This document shows positions 15,456 to 29,420 of a DNA stretch of 64,000 nucleotides, in pieces. This DNA comes from the human T2T-CHM13v2.0 reference genome, Homo sapiens. Position 1 is the stretch's first letter. Each line of letters begins with the position of its first letter. The notes below the pieces were generated by a model. That model ran no database searches. It was not told where the DNA came from and worked only from the letters and a program-made list of their open reading frames with translations. The position numbers were made by a program, and so were the translations under genes. The stretch is from the NCBI RefSeq assembly GCF_009914755.1, contig NC_060930.1; one strand, written 5' to 3'.

Positions 15456-15749
15456 GGCCAGGCACGGTGGTTCACACCTGTAATCCCAGCACTTTGGGAG
15501 ACCGAGCTGGGTGGATCACCTGAGGTCAGGAGTTTAAGACCAGCCTGGCCAACATGGCGAAACCCCATCTCTACTAAAAAATACAAAAATTAGCTGGACG
15601 AGATGGCAGGCACCTATAATCCCAGCTACTCGGGAGGCCAAAGCAGGAAAATCGCTTGAACCCGGGAGGAGCCAGACGTTGCAGTGAGCCGAGACTGCCA
15701 TTGCACTGGGAGACAGAGTGACACTCTTTCTCCAAAAAAAAAAAAAAAA
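15456..15749 (+). mobile_element. AluSx-like
   Basis: Full Alu; TSD AAAGAGAAGTTCTG. Confidence 0.93.
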
Positions 15750-16078
15750 AAAGAGAAGTTCTGAAGTAAGTCATTAAGTCATTTTGGAGAGCAGAAAAGC
15801 AAACATTCTAGAGCTGATGGCCATTTGAGATTATGATCAACAATTTAAAGTCAATCATCTTAGTAAAAATGAATGTATGATTTTCTCTCACAATATTCAG
15901 TTGTGGGTGGTGTGGGAGATAGGAGAGAAAGAATGGCTTTTTCATGGTTAAAACAAGTTAAGGGCTATGGAATTAAAGATGTTTCTTATGGAGTAATGCC
16001 CAAATGTAATATGCCTAAATTTGATTGTTCAAAATTAAGATAAGACATTCTTTTAAAAAGGACTAAAGCAGAGATTAA

Positions 16079-16370
16079 GGCCGGGCACGGTGGCTCACAC
16101 CTGTAATCCCAGCACTTTGGGAGGCCAAGGAGGGCAGATCACCAGGTCAGGAGATCGAGACCATCCTGGCTAACACGGTGAAACCCCGTCTCTACTAAAA
16201 ATACAAAAATTTAGCTGGTCATGGTGGCGGGTGCCTGTAGTCCCAGCTACTCAGAAGGCTGAGGTAGGAGAATGGCAAGAACCTGGGAGGCGAAGCTTGC
16301 AGTGAGCCGAAATAGCGCTACTGCACTCCAGCCTGGGTGACAGAGCGAGACTCCGCCTCAGAAAAAAAAA
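16079..16370 (+). mobile_element. AluY
   Basis: AluY diagnostics; long TSD AAAAGGACTAAAGCAGAGATTA. Confidence 0.92.
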
Positions 16371-17429
16371 AAAAGGACTAAAGCAGAGATTAGAAGCAGG
16401 CATATTCATTTAATGGACTTATTGGAATATTCATTAAAAATAATTGGTTGTGTATATTGTTTAAGAAACAAAGTGAGGAAATGGAAGAGGACAGAAAAAT
16501 GAAAAGGTCAATGGTAACGGGCAAAATGAAAAGAAAAATGAAAAGTGAAAAGCTGTAGAGTATAACCATGGGAGGAGGTAGATAAGGCAAGTAAAAGAAA
16601 ATCTAATAAGAAGTGAGGCTATTAAGAAATTGAAAGGACAGTTCGATTATACCCAATAACGTCAGGGTCACTAGCAGAAATAGCGTACAGGTAAAGAAGA
16701 ACACAGTGATCTTGGTACAAAACCTTTTCAATGAATGAAGAGTGACCCAAATATGGGTAAAAAGCAGCAATGCACAATTTTTTTTGGACAAGGCCTTAAC
16801 TCTTTATTCATTATTTAAAATACACTTCAAACTACAAGTTCTCCAGAAAACTTCCTAACTCCCTTACTAGATAAGTGGCCTTTCTTTACGCTTTTATGGC
16901 ACACTAGGCATACCTACATCATCATACTTACCTTGTTAAGTTTAATGTTTATCTGCTTTCAAGTGTCTAAGAGCTCTCTGAAAGATAGAATAATACCCAC
17001 ATGGTATATACGCCACGGTGCCTGTTTCACCAAAGAGCCTCCATAAATGATTCATGAACAAAACTGAGATCTGGGTTCTGATGCTTCTTCCCAACAAGTA
17101 GAGTTATGGCTTAGGGAAAGACATTTAGCTTCTCTAATAAACAATTAAGCTTATTTAACCAAAGAAGGCAAGGTTCTGTCCATCACTAATATCCTCTAAT
17201 TTTATTATGAAAATATTAAACTAGATCCAGGTTCATATTGATTCCTATGGCACATTACTGAATTGAAATAAAGCATACTAATTTTATCATGTTTATAAGG
17301 TAAAAAAGTAGGTTATGTTATCAAAGTTCACACTGAAGGGTTTTATTTAACATCTGAAATTCATTTTACCATGTAAAATCCAGAAAAACATATTTAAACT
17401 ATAAAAAATATGCAAAGTTTGGGAAAAGC

Positions 17430-17670
17430 AAAAGTATGAATGCTAGGTACCAAACAGTGGAGTTAAACATATGAAAATTCAAATCTCAGTTCTGCCATTT
17501 CCTAAGCTAGCTGTGTGAACCTGGACAAGTTCTTCAAACATTCTGGGCCTCAGTCTGTAAAAGTATAAAACGGAAACAGAAATATCACTACACACGACTG
17601 TCGTAAGTATTAAGTGAAGGTATGTGCAGTAAGTGTTAAGCAGAGTGCTTGCATAGGGATAGCTATCGTT
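17430..17670. mobile_element. MIR SINE
   Basis: ttcaaatctcagttctgccatt...ctgtgtgaacctggacaagtt...gcctcagt. Confidence 0.75.
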
Positions 17671-17981
17671 TTGTTATCTGCAGGAGAGAAATGTACTTTA
17701 GACCAATGTTACTCTTCTGATGATCAAATAATAAATGCAACAGGGTCATAGTATTGTTCCTTAAGATGATACATATCAATTTTGTCAGTTTTAAGCAAAC
17801 CCTACCAGAGATTTGATTAAAGACATGTAATTCCATGCCCTCTGATTAAAGATTGTTTTTAGTAAGCCATAAGGCCTGTGGGCCTCTTTTCCACAAAGCC
17901 TTAAACCTGACTGGCTCAAGGAGTACTACGCATCTCCCACATTTTCAGAAGCCCTTATGGGCTCTCAGCGTGTCTCATCTC

Positions 17982-18017
17982 GTGTGTGTGTGTGTGTGTG
18001 TGTTTGTGTGTGTGTGT
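17982..18017. repeat. (GT)n microsatellite
   Basis: Directly visible. Confidence 0.95.
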
Positions 18018-18112
18018 TTGAGTGTATCAGACGGGGAGAGAATATGAGCTATTTAATGAATATTCCAATAAGTCCGTTAAATGAATATGCCTGCTTCTAA
18101 TCTCTGCTTTAG

Positions 18113-18525
<413 letters not shown>

Positions 18526-18558
18526 AGCTTAGTTATTACATAGAAATGGCAATTTAAC

Positions 18559-18884
<326 letters not shown>

Positions 18885-19552
18885 TTATTATATATAATTT
18901 AACAAAGACTCATTTATTTATGCATAACTAGCCTACCTATCAGAAACCATCACAAGAAGAAAATTTATTCACAGTCTAAACAGTAACTGTTACCAGAAGT
19001 TTGCCTAATTGGATTTATTTTTAGGAGAGAATAGAGTTGGGCTTCAATATCCCAGTTACGATCCTTCTACTCAAGAAACACTGATTTTTAGTTAGTTATT
19101 TAAAGACTATTGTCCCACATTATTTAGATCTAATCACATTCTGAGTTGGTTCTACTCCTGGACTCTCCAAATTAATGTGTTTAAAAAATCAAAATAATTT
19201 TTTAAAATCAGGCTTACTTTTTAAATACCCTTCCATAACCTTTATAAAACTAAAAATTACTTCTGTGATCTCAGAAAACAATGAGGCTTTTAAAAAGCAG
19301 GCAGCAAAAGATGAAAAATCTTTCTCATATGAAAACAATAATGCTGTTCCCAAAGGTAGAACACACGTTTACAATTAGCATTCACAAATATTAAATAGGA
19401 TTACCTCTAAAAAACTGTACTTAAGTAAGTAAAATTGAGCAATATACGTTCTCTTTACTAAACTAAAACTCCACCTCTGTTTCTGGCAGATCCTCTCTAG
19501 CTAGAAAAAAGAATTCGAAACATTATTTGCTTGATTAAAGCTGTAGTGGTCA

Positions 19553-19857
19553 GGCTGGGTGCGGTGGCTCCCATCTGTAATCCCAAGCACTATTGGAAGC
19601 TGAGGCAGGAGGATTCCTTGAGGCCAATAATTCAAGATCAGCCTGGGAAACACAGCAAGATCTGTCTATAAAATGAAGATATTAGCCAGACATGGTGGCA
19701 TGCACCTGTCCTAATGACTCGGGAGAAGGAGGCAGAAGAAGTGCTTGAGCTCAGGAGTTCAAGGTTATAGTGAGCTATAACCACACCACTGTACTCCAAT
19801 CCAGCCTGGGTGACAGTGAAAGACTCTGTCTCTTTAAACAAAAAATAAAAACAAAAA
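19553..19857 (+). mobile_element. AluJ
   Basis: Diverged Alu with J-type features. Confidence 0.85.
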
Positions 19858-20316
19858 GTATAATGAAGTGTACACTAATTTTATTTGAAGGCTGCTGTAT
19901 ATTTGGAAGATTTTTATTTTGTTTAAATACAGCAAATGGACTCTTTCACCACTGTCACTGTTGGAGATCAAGTCAAAGTACATGACCATGGTCAGATTTC
20001 AATTTACCTCAATGGGAGGAAAATAGATATAATCAAACTGACAGTTCTATCCAAATATATTATTCTTTACAACTACCTACTACTGCTCCCACAAAATTGG
20101 TTTCCAGAAATCCAACACATAGTCCTATACTACTTATAGAATATAATTTGATACAATCAAGGAACACTAAAACTGAAGGAATAGCAGAGAACCACAGAAC
20201 TACTTCTTCATAAATATTATAATCGCCTCTTTTCCCATAGGAAAGATATTTTGACTTTATGCTAGACCTAAATTCATAGAGCATGTTTCTTAGATTAGTC
20301 ATATTATTCCTACTTC

Positions 20317-20413
20317 TAGGGTGACTAACTCATCCTGGTTTGCTCAGATGTTTCCTGGTTTCACACTGAAACTCTGGGCCATGCAAACCAGGATAGGATG
20401 GCTGGTCACCTGA
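20317..20413. mobile_element. MER81-like hAT-Blackjack MITE
   Basis: TAGGGTGACTAAC...GCTGGTCACCTGA termini; TSD CCTACTTC/CCTACTTT. Confidence 0.7.
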
Positions 20414-20552
20414 CCTACTTTTTTCCCCACAACCAATAGTCTTTGGGGAACAGGTGGTGTTTGGTTACATGAATAAGTTCTTTAATGGTGATTTCTAAGG
20501 TTTCGGTGCACCCATCACCTGAGCAATATACACTGTACCCAAAGTATGGTCA

Positions 20553-20857
<305 letters not shown>

Positions 20858-23800
20858 TAAGTATAGTCTTTTATCCCTCACCCTACTCCCACCATTCCCC
20901 TCAGGCCCTCAAAGTCCATTATATCATGCTTACACCTTTGTGTCCTCATAGCTTACCTCCAAGTTAAAAACGAGAACATATGTTGGTTAGTTTTCCATTC
21001 CTGAGTGTTGTCACTAAGAATAATGGTCTCCACTCAATCCAGGTTCCTGCAAATACCATTATTTCATTCCTTTTTAAGGCTGAGTAGTATTCCATGTTCT
21101 ATATATAAGAAGTTTTCTCTATTCACTCATTGATTGATGGGTATTGGGCTGGTTCCATATTTTTGCAATTGCAAATTGTGCTGCTATAAACATGCATGTG
21201 CAAGTGTTTCATAATGCTTCTTTTCATCTGGAGAGACACCTAGCCATGGCACTGATAGATCAAATGTTAGATCTTCTTTTAGTTCTCTAAGGAATATCCA
21301 TAATGTTTTCCACAGTGTTTGTACTAGTTTACATTCCCACCAGCAACGTAAGTGTTTCCTTTTCACCAAATCCACACCAACATCTATTTTTTTTTTATTT
21401 TTAAATTATGGCCATTCTTGCAGGAGTAAGGTGGTGTTGCATTGTGGTTTTGATTTGCATTTCCCTGATCATTAGTGATGTTGAGCATTTTTTCATCTGT
21501 TTCTTGGCCATTTACATATCTTCTTTTGAGTACTGCCTATTCATGTCCTTAGCCCACTTATGGATGGGATTTGGGTTTGGTTTATTCTTGTTTCTCTAGT
21601 TCCTTGAAGTGTGACCTTAGATTGTCTATTTGTGCTCTTTCAGACTTTTTGATGTAGGCATTTAATGCTATGAACTTTCCTCTTAGCACTGCTTTTGCTG
21701 TACCTCAGAGGTTTTGATAGGTTGTGTCACTATTACTATTCAGTTCAAAGGATTTTTAAATTTCTATTTTGATTTCATTATTGACCTAAAGATCATTCAG
21801 AAGCAGATTATTTAATTTCCACGTATTTGTATAGTTTTCAAGGTTCATTTTGGAATTCATTTCCAATTTTATTCCACTGTGGTCTGGGAGAGTACTTGAT
21901 ATAATTTCAATTTGTTAAAAATTATTGAGACTTGTGGCCTATCATATGGTCTATCTTGGAGAATGTTCCATGTGCTGGTGAAGAGAATGTATATTCTGCA
22001 GTTTGAGTAGAATGTTCTGTAAATATCTGTTAAGTCCATTTGTTCTAGGGTATAGTTTAAATCCATTGTTTCTTTGTTGGCTTTCTGGCTTGATGACCTG
22101 ACTAGTGTTGTCAGTAGAGTACTGAAGTCCCCCACTATTATTGTGTTGCCATCTATCTCATTTCTTAGGTCTAGTAATTATTTTATAAATTTGGGAGCTC
22201 CAGTGTTAGTTGTGTATGTTCCCTATTTAGGATTGTGATATTCTTCTGTTGGATACTTTTATCATTACATAATGTCCCTCTGTCTTTTCAAACTGTTGTT
22301 GTTTTAAAATCTGTTTTGTCTGATACAAGAATAGCTACTTCTGCTCACTTTTGGGGTCCATTTGAATGGACTATCTTTTTCCACCCCATTACCTTAAGTT
22401 ATGAGTCCTTATGTGTTAAGTCTCTTGGAGACAGCAGATACTTGGTTGGTGAATTTTTATCCATTCTGCCCTTCTATATCTTTCAAGTGACACATTTAGG
22501 TCATTTACATACAACGTTAGTATTGAGATGTAAGGTACTATTCTATTCACTGTGGTAGTTGTTGCCTGAGTGCCTTTTTTCATTGTGTTATTGTTTGATA
22601 GGCCCTGTGAGATTTATGCTTTAAAGGGGTTTGTTTGGTATATTTTGAGGTTCAAGATTTAGGTCTCCTTTCAGCAGTTCTTATAGTGCTGGCTTGGTAG
22701 TGGCAAATTCTCTTAGCATTTGTTTGTCTGAAAAATACTTTATATCTTTCCTTCATTTATGAAGCTTAGTTTCACTGGACACAACATTCTTGGATGATAA
22801 TTTTGTTTAAGGATGCCAAAGATAGGACCCAAATCCCTTCTAGCTTGTATTCTGCTAAAATAGCTGCTGTTAATTTGATAGGTTTTCCTTTGTAGGTTAC
22901 CTGATGCTTTCTGCCTCACAGCTCTTAAGATTCTTTGCTTTGTCTTCACTTTAGGTAACCTGATGACTATGTGCCTAAGGTGATTATCTTTTTTGTGATG
23001 TTTCCCAGGTGTTCTTTGAGCTTCTTGTATTTGGATGTCTAGATCTCTAGCAATGCCAGTGCACTTTTCCTAGATGATTCCCTCAAATAAGTTTTCCAAA
23101 CTTTTAGATTTCTCTTCTTCTTCAGGAACACCAATTATTCTTAGGTTTGGTCACTTAACATAATCCCAATATTCTTGGAGGTTTTGTTCATTTTTTTAAA
23201 AAATTCTTTTTTCTTTGTCTTTATCGGATTGGATTAATTTGAAAACCTTGTCTTCAAGCTCTGATGCTCTTTCTTCTACTTGTTTGATTCTACTGTTGAA
23301 ACTTCTCAGTGCATTTTGCATTTCTCTAAATGTGTCTTTCATTTCCAGAAGTTGTGATTGTTTTTTATTTATGATATATATTTCTCTGGAGATCTTTTCA
23401 TGCATATCTGTTATTATTTTTTAAATTTCTTTAATCTGGTTTTCACATTTCTCTGTTGCCTCCTTAAGTAACGTTAAGAATCGACCTTTAGAACTCTTTT
23501 TCTAGTAATTCAGAGATTTCTTCTTGGTTTGGATTAATGGCTGGTGAGCTAGTGTGATCTTGTGGGGGTGATAAAGAACCTTGTTTTGTCCTATTACCAG
23601 AATTGTTTTTCTGGGTCCTTCTCATTTGGATAGACCATATCCAGAGGAAAGATCTGAGATCCAAGGACTAATGTTCTTTTGTACTGCAGGGTGATCCCTT
23701 GATGTGGTGTTCTCCCCCTTCCTGAGAGCCAGACTGCAGTGATTGTTATTGCTCTTCTGGGTCTAGTCACCCAGCAGAGCTACTGGGGTCTGGGCTGGTA

Positions 23801-24295
23801 CTGGGGTGGGGGGTGTCTGCAAAGAGTCCTGTGATGTGATCTATCTTCAGGTCTCTCAGCCGTGGATACCACCACCTGCTCTGGTGGAGGTAGCAGGGGA
23901 GTGAAATGGACTCTGTGAGGATCCTTGGTTGCAGTTTTGTTTAGTACATTGGTTTTCTTGAATGCTGGTTATGCTAGCAGTGAAGTTGTCATGTGGACAG
24001 ACTCAGGACCTCTGGTTAAACAGGATGTTACAGGTAATGAAATTAGATGTTGTTTTCTCCTTCCTTGGTGCAGGGTTGTTCTGTTATGAGTTGCCGTAAT
24101 GGCTTGAGTTGGTTGGCCTCCAGCCAGGAGGTGGCACTTTCAAGAGGGCATCAGCTGTGGTACTACAGGGGGGACATAAACTTGCCCTGAAATCACCTGC
24201 ATAAGTATTCAGGTTTCTCAGGTGATGGATGGGGCCATGGAGCTCCCATGAGTTTATGTTTTCTATCTTCGGCTACCAGGTGGGTAGAGAAAGAC

Positions 24296-24723
24296 TGTTG
24301 ATAGTTAATACTGAGTGTCAACTTGGTTGGATTGAAGAATGCAGTATTGATCCTGGGTGTGTCTGTGAGGGTGCTGCCAAAGCAGATTAACATTTGAGTC
24401 AGTGGGCTGGGAAAAGCAGACCCACCCTTAATCTAAGTGGGCACAATCTAATCAGCTGTCAGCTCAGCCAGAATAAAGAGCAGGCAGAAGAACATGAAAA
24501 GACTAGACTGGCTTAGTCTCACATCCTACATTTTTCTCCCGTGCTGGATGCTTCCTGCTCTCAAACATTGGACACCAAGTTCTTCAGCTTTGAGACCTGG
24601 ACTGGATTCCTTGCTCCTCAGCTTGCAGGTGGCCAATTGTAGGACCTTGTGATCATGTGAGTTAATACTCCTTAATAAACTCCCATATATATTAGTTCTG
24701 TCCCTCTAGAGAACCCTAATACA
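24296..24723 (+). mobile_element. MLT2A1-like solo LTR (ERVL) inside the L1 5'UTR
   Basis: TG...ttaatactgagtgtcaacttg...ctctagagaaccctaataCA. Confidence 0.88.
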
Positions 24724-25773
24724 AACCATAAGATGGGGGAATGGTTAGGCATGGCTGAGCTCAGACTCTCCTTGGGCAGGGCTTGATGCGACCACTGTGG
24801 AGTGGGTATGGGCGGGGGCAGTTCTCAGGGCTACGAAATTATGTTCGAAGGGGAATTATGGCTGCCTCTGCTGCTTCATAAAGGTCTCCAGAGAAGTGGG
24901 GGAAAGCTGGCAGTGGCAGGCCTCACCCAGCTCCCATGCAGCCAGCAAGGTCAGTCTCACTCCCGCTATGCTCCCTCAACAGCCAACAGAGCTGAATTTA
25001 TATCCAGGCCTCTGGTGTGCAGGGCTGAGATCTATGTAAATATATATAATATATATATTTATCCATATAAACCTTTAAAGCTTCTTAAGAAATATTCTGT
25101 AACTTAAAACCAGCTGAGTGCAAAACCATAAATTCATACACTGTTAGAGCTGAAAGGGAGTTTAAAAATTATTAAATACAACAGAAACATGGGTCAATGA
25201 GAAAGCAATTTAAAGAACACAAGCAGTTACAACCTAACTGAAAATTAAACCCCTAGTTACTGACTCAGATTCAGTAACTCCCAATAGAATAATAATGTTA
25301 TCCAGACTTTACTGAAATTCTCTGGATTTGGTTAAAGCATTAAGACTGAATTAGTAACTGATACAAATGACAATGGCCACTGTAATATGCATCTTATTTC
25401 ACAACCACTTTTTAGTAATTCCCTTCATTCTGAAATAAAAAATATACATAAAAAACTTTTTAAGTTACTAAATCAATATGTTCTCAAAAAAAATGAGGAC
25501 AACCAATGAACATGATATAGGACAAAATACAATAAACAAAACTTTTACAGGGATTATGGGAAAGATTATAAAAAGATAATAGATTTGTTTCTGATCCAAT
25601 TTATGTATGCAGAATTCTTTGGCATTCTAAGCTAAAATTTTTAGTTCATAATTATGTGATTCATATTATAACTAAATGCCTTTATGTTTCCTAAAAAAGT
25701 AAGAGTTAATGCAGATAATGGGTAAAAGAAAATTTCAAGCAATTAAAATTTTTCCAAAGACATAGCTACTACA

Positions 25774-25819
<46 letters not shown>
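25774..25819. repeat. (AC)n microsatellite, about 23 units
   Basis: Directly visible. Confidence 0.98.
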
Positions 25820-25821
<2 letters not shown>

Positions 25822-26553
25822 AAGCAATATTATACTACAATATTTTTTATTCCTCTTCAAGTTTTAAATAATCTTTATTTCTTAAAAGAAAAATATTTCC
25901 CAAATTCCAAAATATTATTTATTATAATTCTCCATAAACTCTTACAAAAATGATAACATATTACAAAACTTTACAGGGCTTCCATACAATATGTTTAAAA
26001 ATGTGATGAACAGCATGTTTAAAACTATTTTAAAAGGAGGTCAAGTCTGACCTCTAGGCCATGAAGCACTACATTAACAGCTCTGCAGAAAGAAAAATGA
26101 TAAGGTATGAAACGAATGGTCAGAAACTAGGACCTTATCAGTTAGAATATGATTCAAGCCTGTAAGACAAATTGCTCAGCAAGGCAAGTCACCTTCCTGC
26201 TGTGATGAGGATATAGCTGAATTTTCAATGCCAATGACTATCTCCCTCATTGTGTCACCTAGTTTGATATCATACAGTCAAGGAATGGCATACAGTTCTG
26301 AAGCATCTACCACTTATTTTGAATACATTTTGTCAAAGTCATCAACTAGGATATTATTGTCCTTTAACTGACAACTTAGTGTTAAAAATCTTTAAAGAAT
26401 AATCACTAAAAGAAACTACTGTGAGTTAACCCTTCAAAGCATGAAAGTTATTTGTTTTCTGAATCATTTTAACAGCTTGCTTGGTTTTAAAAATAAAATT
26501 TGTAACATAAAAATTAAGCAAAATCCACAAACTGTCTTACTTTAATTGCATAC

Positions 26554-26616
26554 CTGAACACTGATGGACTTTTTCAGCAGTTCTTCTACAAAGTTCCAAT
26601 TTGATTCCACTTTTCT
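26554..26616 (-). CDS. MMS22L: MMS22L exon 11
   Basis: ttctag|AGA...CAG|GTATGC; 63 nt; RKVESNWNFVEELLKKSISVQ. Confidence 0.95.
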
Positions 26617-27376
26617 CTAGAAAGGGAGAAAATAGTAGTGCATCAAAATTATTGCTCTTGATTATGCCTATATTTAAAATTAGGGTATAGCAAATTAAGT
26701 GTGCAGTACATTTTCCTCTATCATTCAGCATCAATGTGATTTCTTGAATTTCTAATATTCCTTTGGTAAAGAGTTAACAAACTTGGCAGAAAAAAATGTA
26801 CAACTATTCCAATCCAATACAAACCATATCAGGAGTTGTAACAGTGGTGCTTTAGTAAGATTATAAATATTCTACCAAATATTTAATTTCTGCTTTCAGA
26901 TACAAAATCCAACAGGAAAAAAAAAAATTATATAGCCACATGTATTTTTGGTGTTTGTTTTTTTTTTTTTATGCTGAGTAATCATCCCTATTTTCCACTT
27001 TAATCACTAGAGCTTTTTCCTTCATTTTATGAATAACAAACCTGAGACCATCTACTTTAGTAAACAAAGTAACTAAAAATTTTATACAGAAAATAAATTG
27101 ACAACCTCGACTATCTAGAATGATTTCCATAAGGAAGAAAGCTAAAAAGGACTTTCACAAAGGCTAGGTAGGCACTTAAAACAATTCCACATTTCCAAAA
27201 GGAAAGCCTGGAAGACATTCTCACAGGATACTCAGTTCACTTAATATTCAGTTCTTAAAGTTCTGGATATGTGGATACTGGACAAAACCAAAAGCAAAGA
27301 AAGCATTTTAAAGAATAAGCAAGTAATAACCAGCTTCTAATGTGGAAGGGAAAAAAACGGTATAAAAAGTAATCAT

Positions 27377-27668
<292 letters not shown>

Positions 27669-27906
27669 TCATAAGACCTCAAAAAGCAAAACCTGAGGCC
27701 TTAAAAAGTAAAAGAAAGACCTTCATCATACCCTTCTTATCCCTGTTATAAAGAATATGCTGTTCAGAGGCATGAACTCAAATGATCAATAAAGTGTTAA
27801 AGCATAATGAATTCTCATGATTTTAAATGGCTAGGCAATATTCATGTAAAATGCTAAATACAGTAAATCAGTAAATCAATATTTTCTTAATAAAGAGCAC
27901 AGTGAG

Positions 27907-28382
27907 TATGGTAGTCAGCCTCTAAGATGTCCCCCAGTGACCTTTGTCTCCTGGAATTTATGCTTCCTACAATTCCCTCTCACACTGTACGAGGGTTGGT
28001 CACTAACAGACTACCAATACCAATATAAGTGATAGTATGTCACCTCCAAGAATAGGTTACAAGACACTGAAGCTTCCATCTTTATGACACTCTGATCTGT
28101 TAACTTGATCTGGAAACAGCTATATTGTGAACAGCACATATGATGAGAAACTGAAGCACTGTGCCAACTAAAGTAAAGCTGAAAGCAAATTCTGCAGTTC
28201 CAGTTAAATCTTCAGATACTGAAGCCCTGGCTGATAGCTTCACTGCAACCTCATGAGAGACCCTGAGCTAGAACCACCCAGCTAAGCTTCTCCTGAATGC
28301 CTGATTCTCAGAAATTGAGAGTGTGAGATAATGTTTGTTTTAAGCTGATACTTTTGTGACACAGCAATAGATTACTAATACA
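27907..28382 (+). mobile_element. MLT1F-like MaLR LTR
   Basis: ggtagtcagcctctaagatgtccccc...cagcaatagattactaataCA. Confidence 0.8.
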
Positions 28383-28467
28383 ATGATTTAGTTATTTTTA
28401 GCAAAATTGTTGACTTTTTGACATACACAAATAAAATGAATGCAAAAAAGCATTTATTGGGAGAAAA

Positions 28468-29420
<953 letters not shown>

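Larger units (their letters stand above)
13950..16770. mobile_element. Long L2 relic interrupted by two Alus and a duplicated segment
   Basis: L2 3' end (cattcaacaa...taggcactgt) followed by purine-rich L2 body ending near ttcaatgaatgaagagtgacc. Confidence 0.7.

Noticed and set aside
21184-23424. L1 ORF1/ORF2-like peptides as active genes
   Set aside because: Fragmented by stops and frameshifts, and the RT region is deleted.
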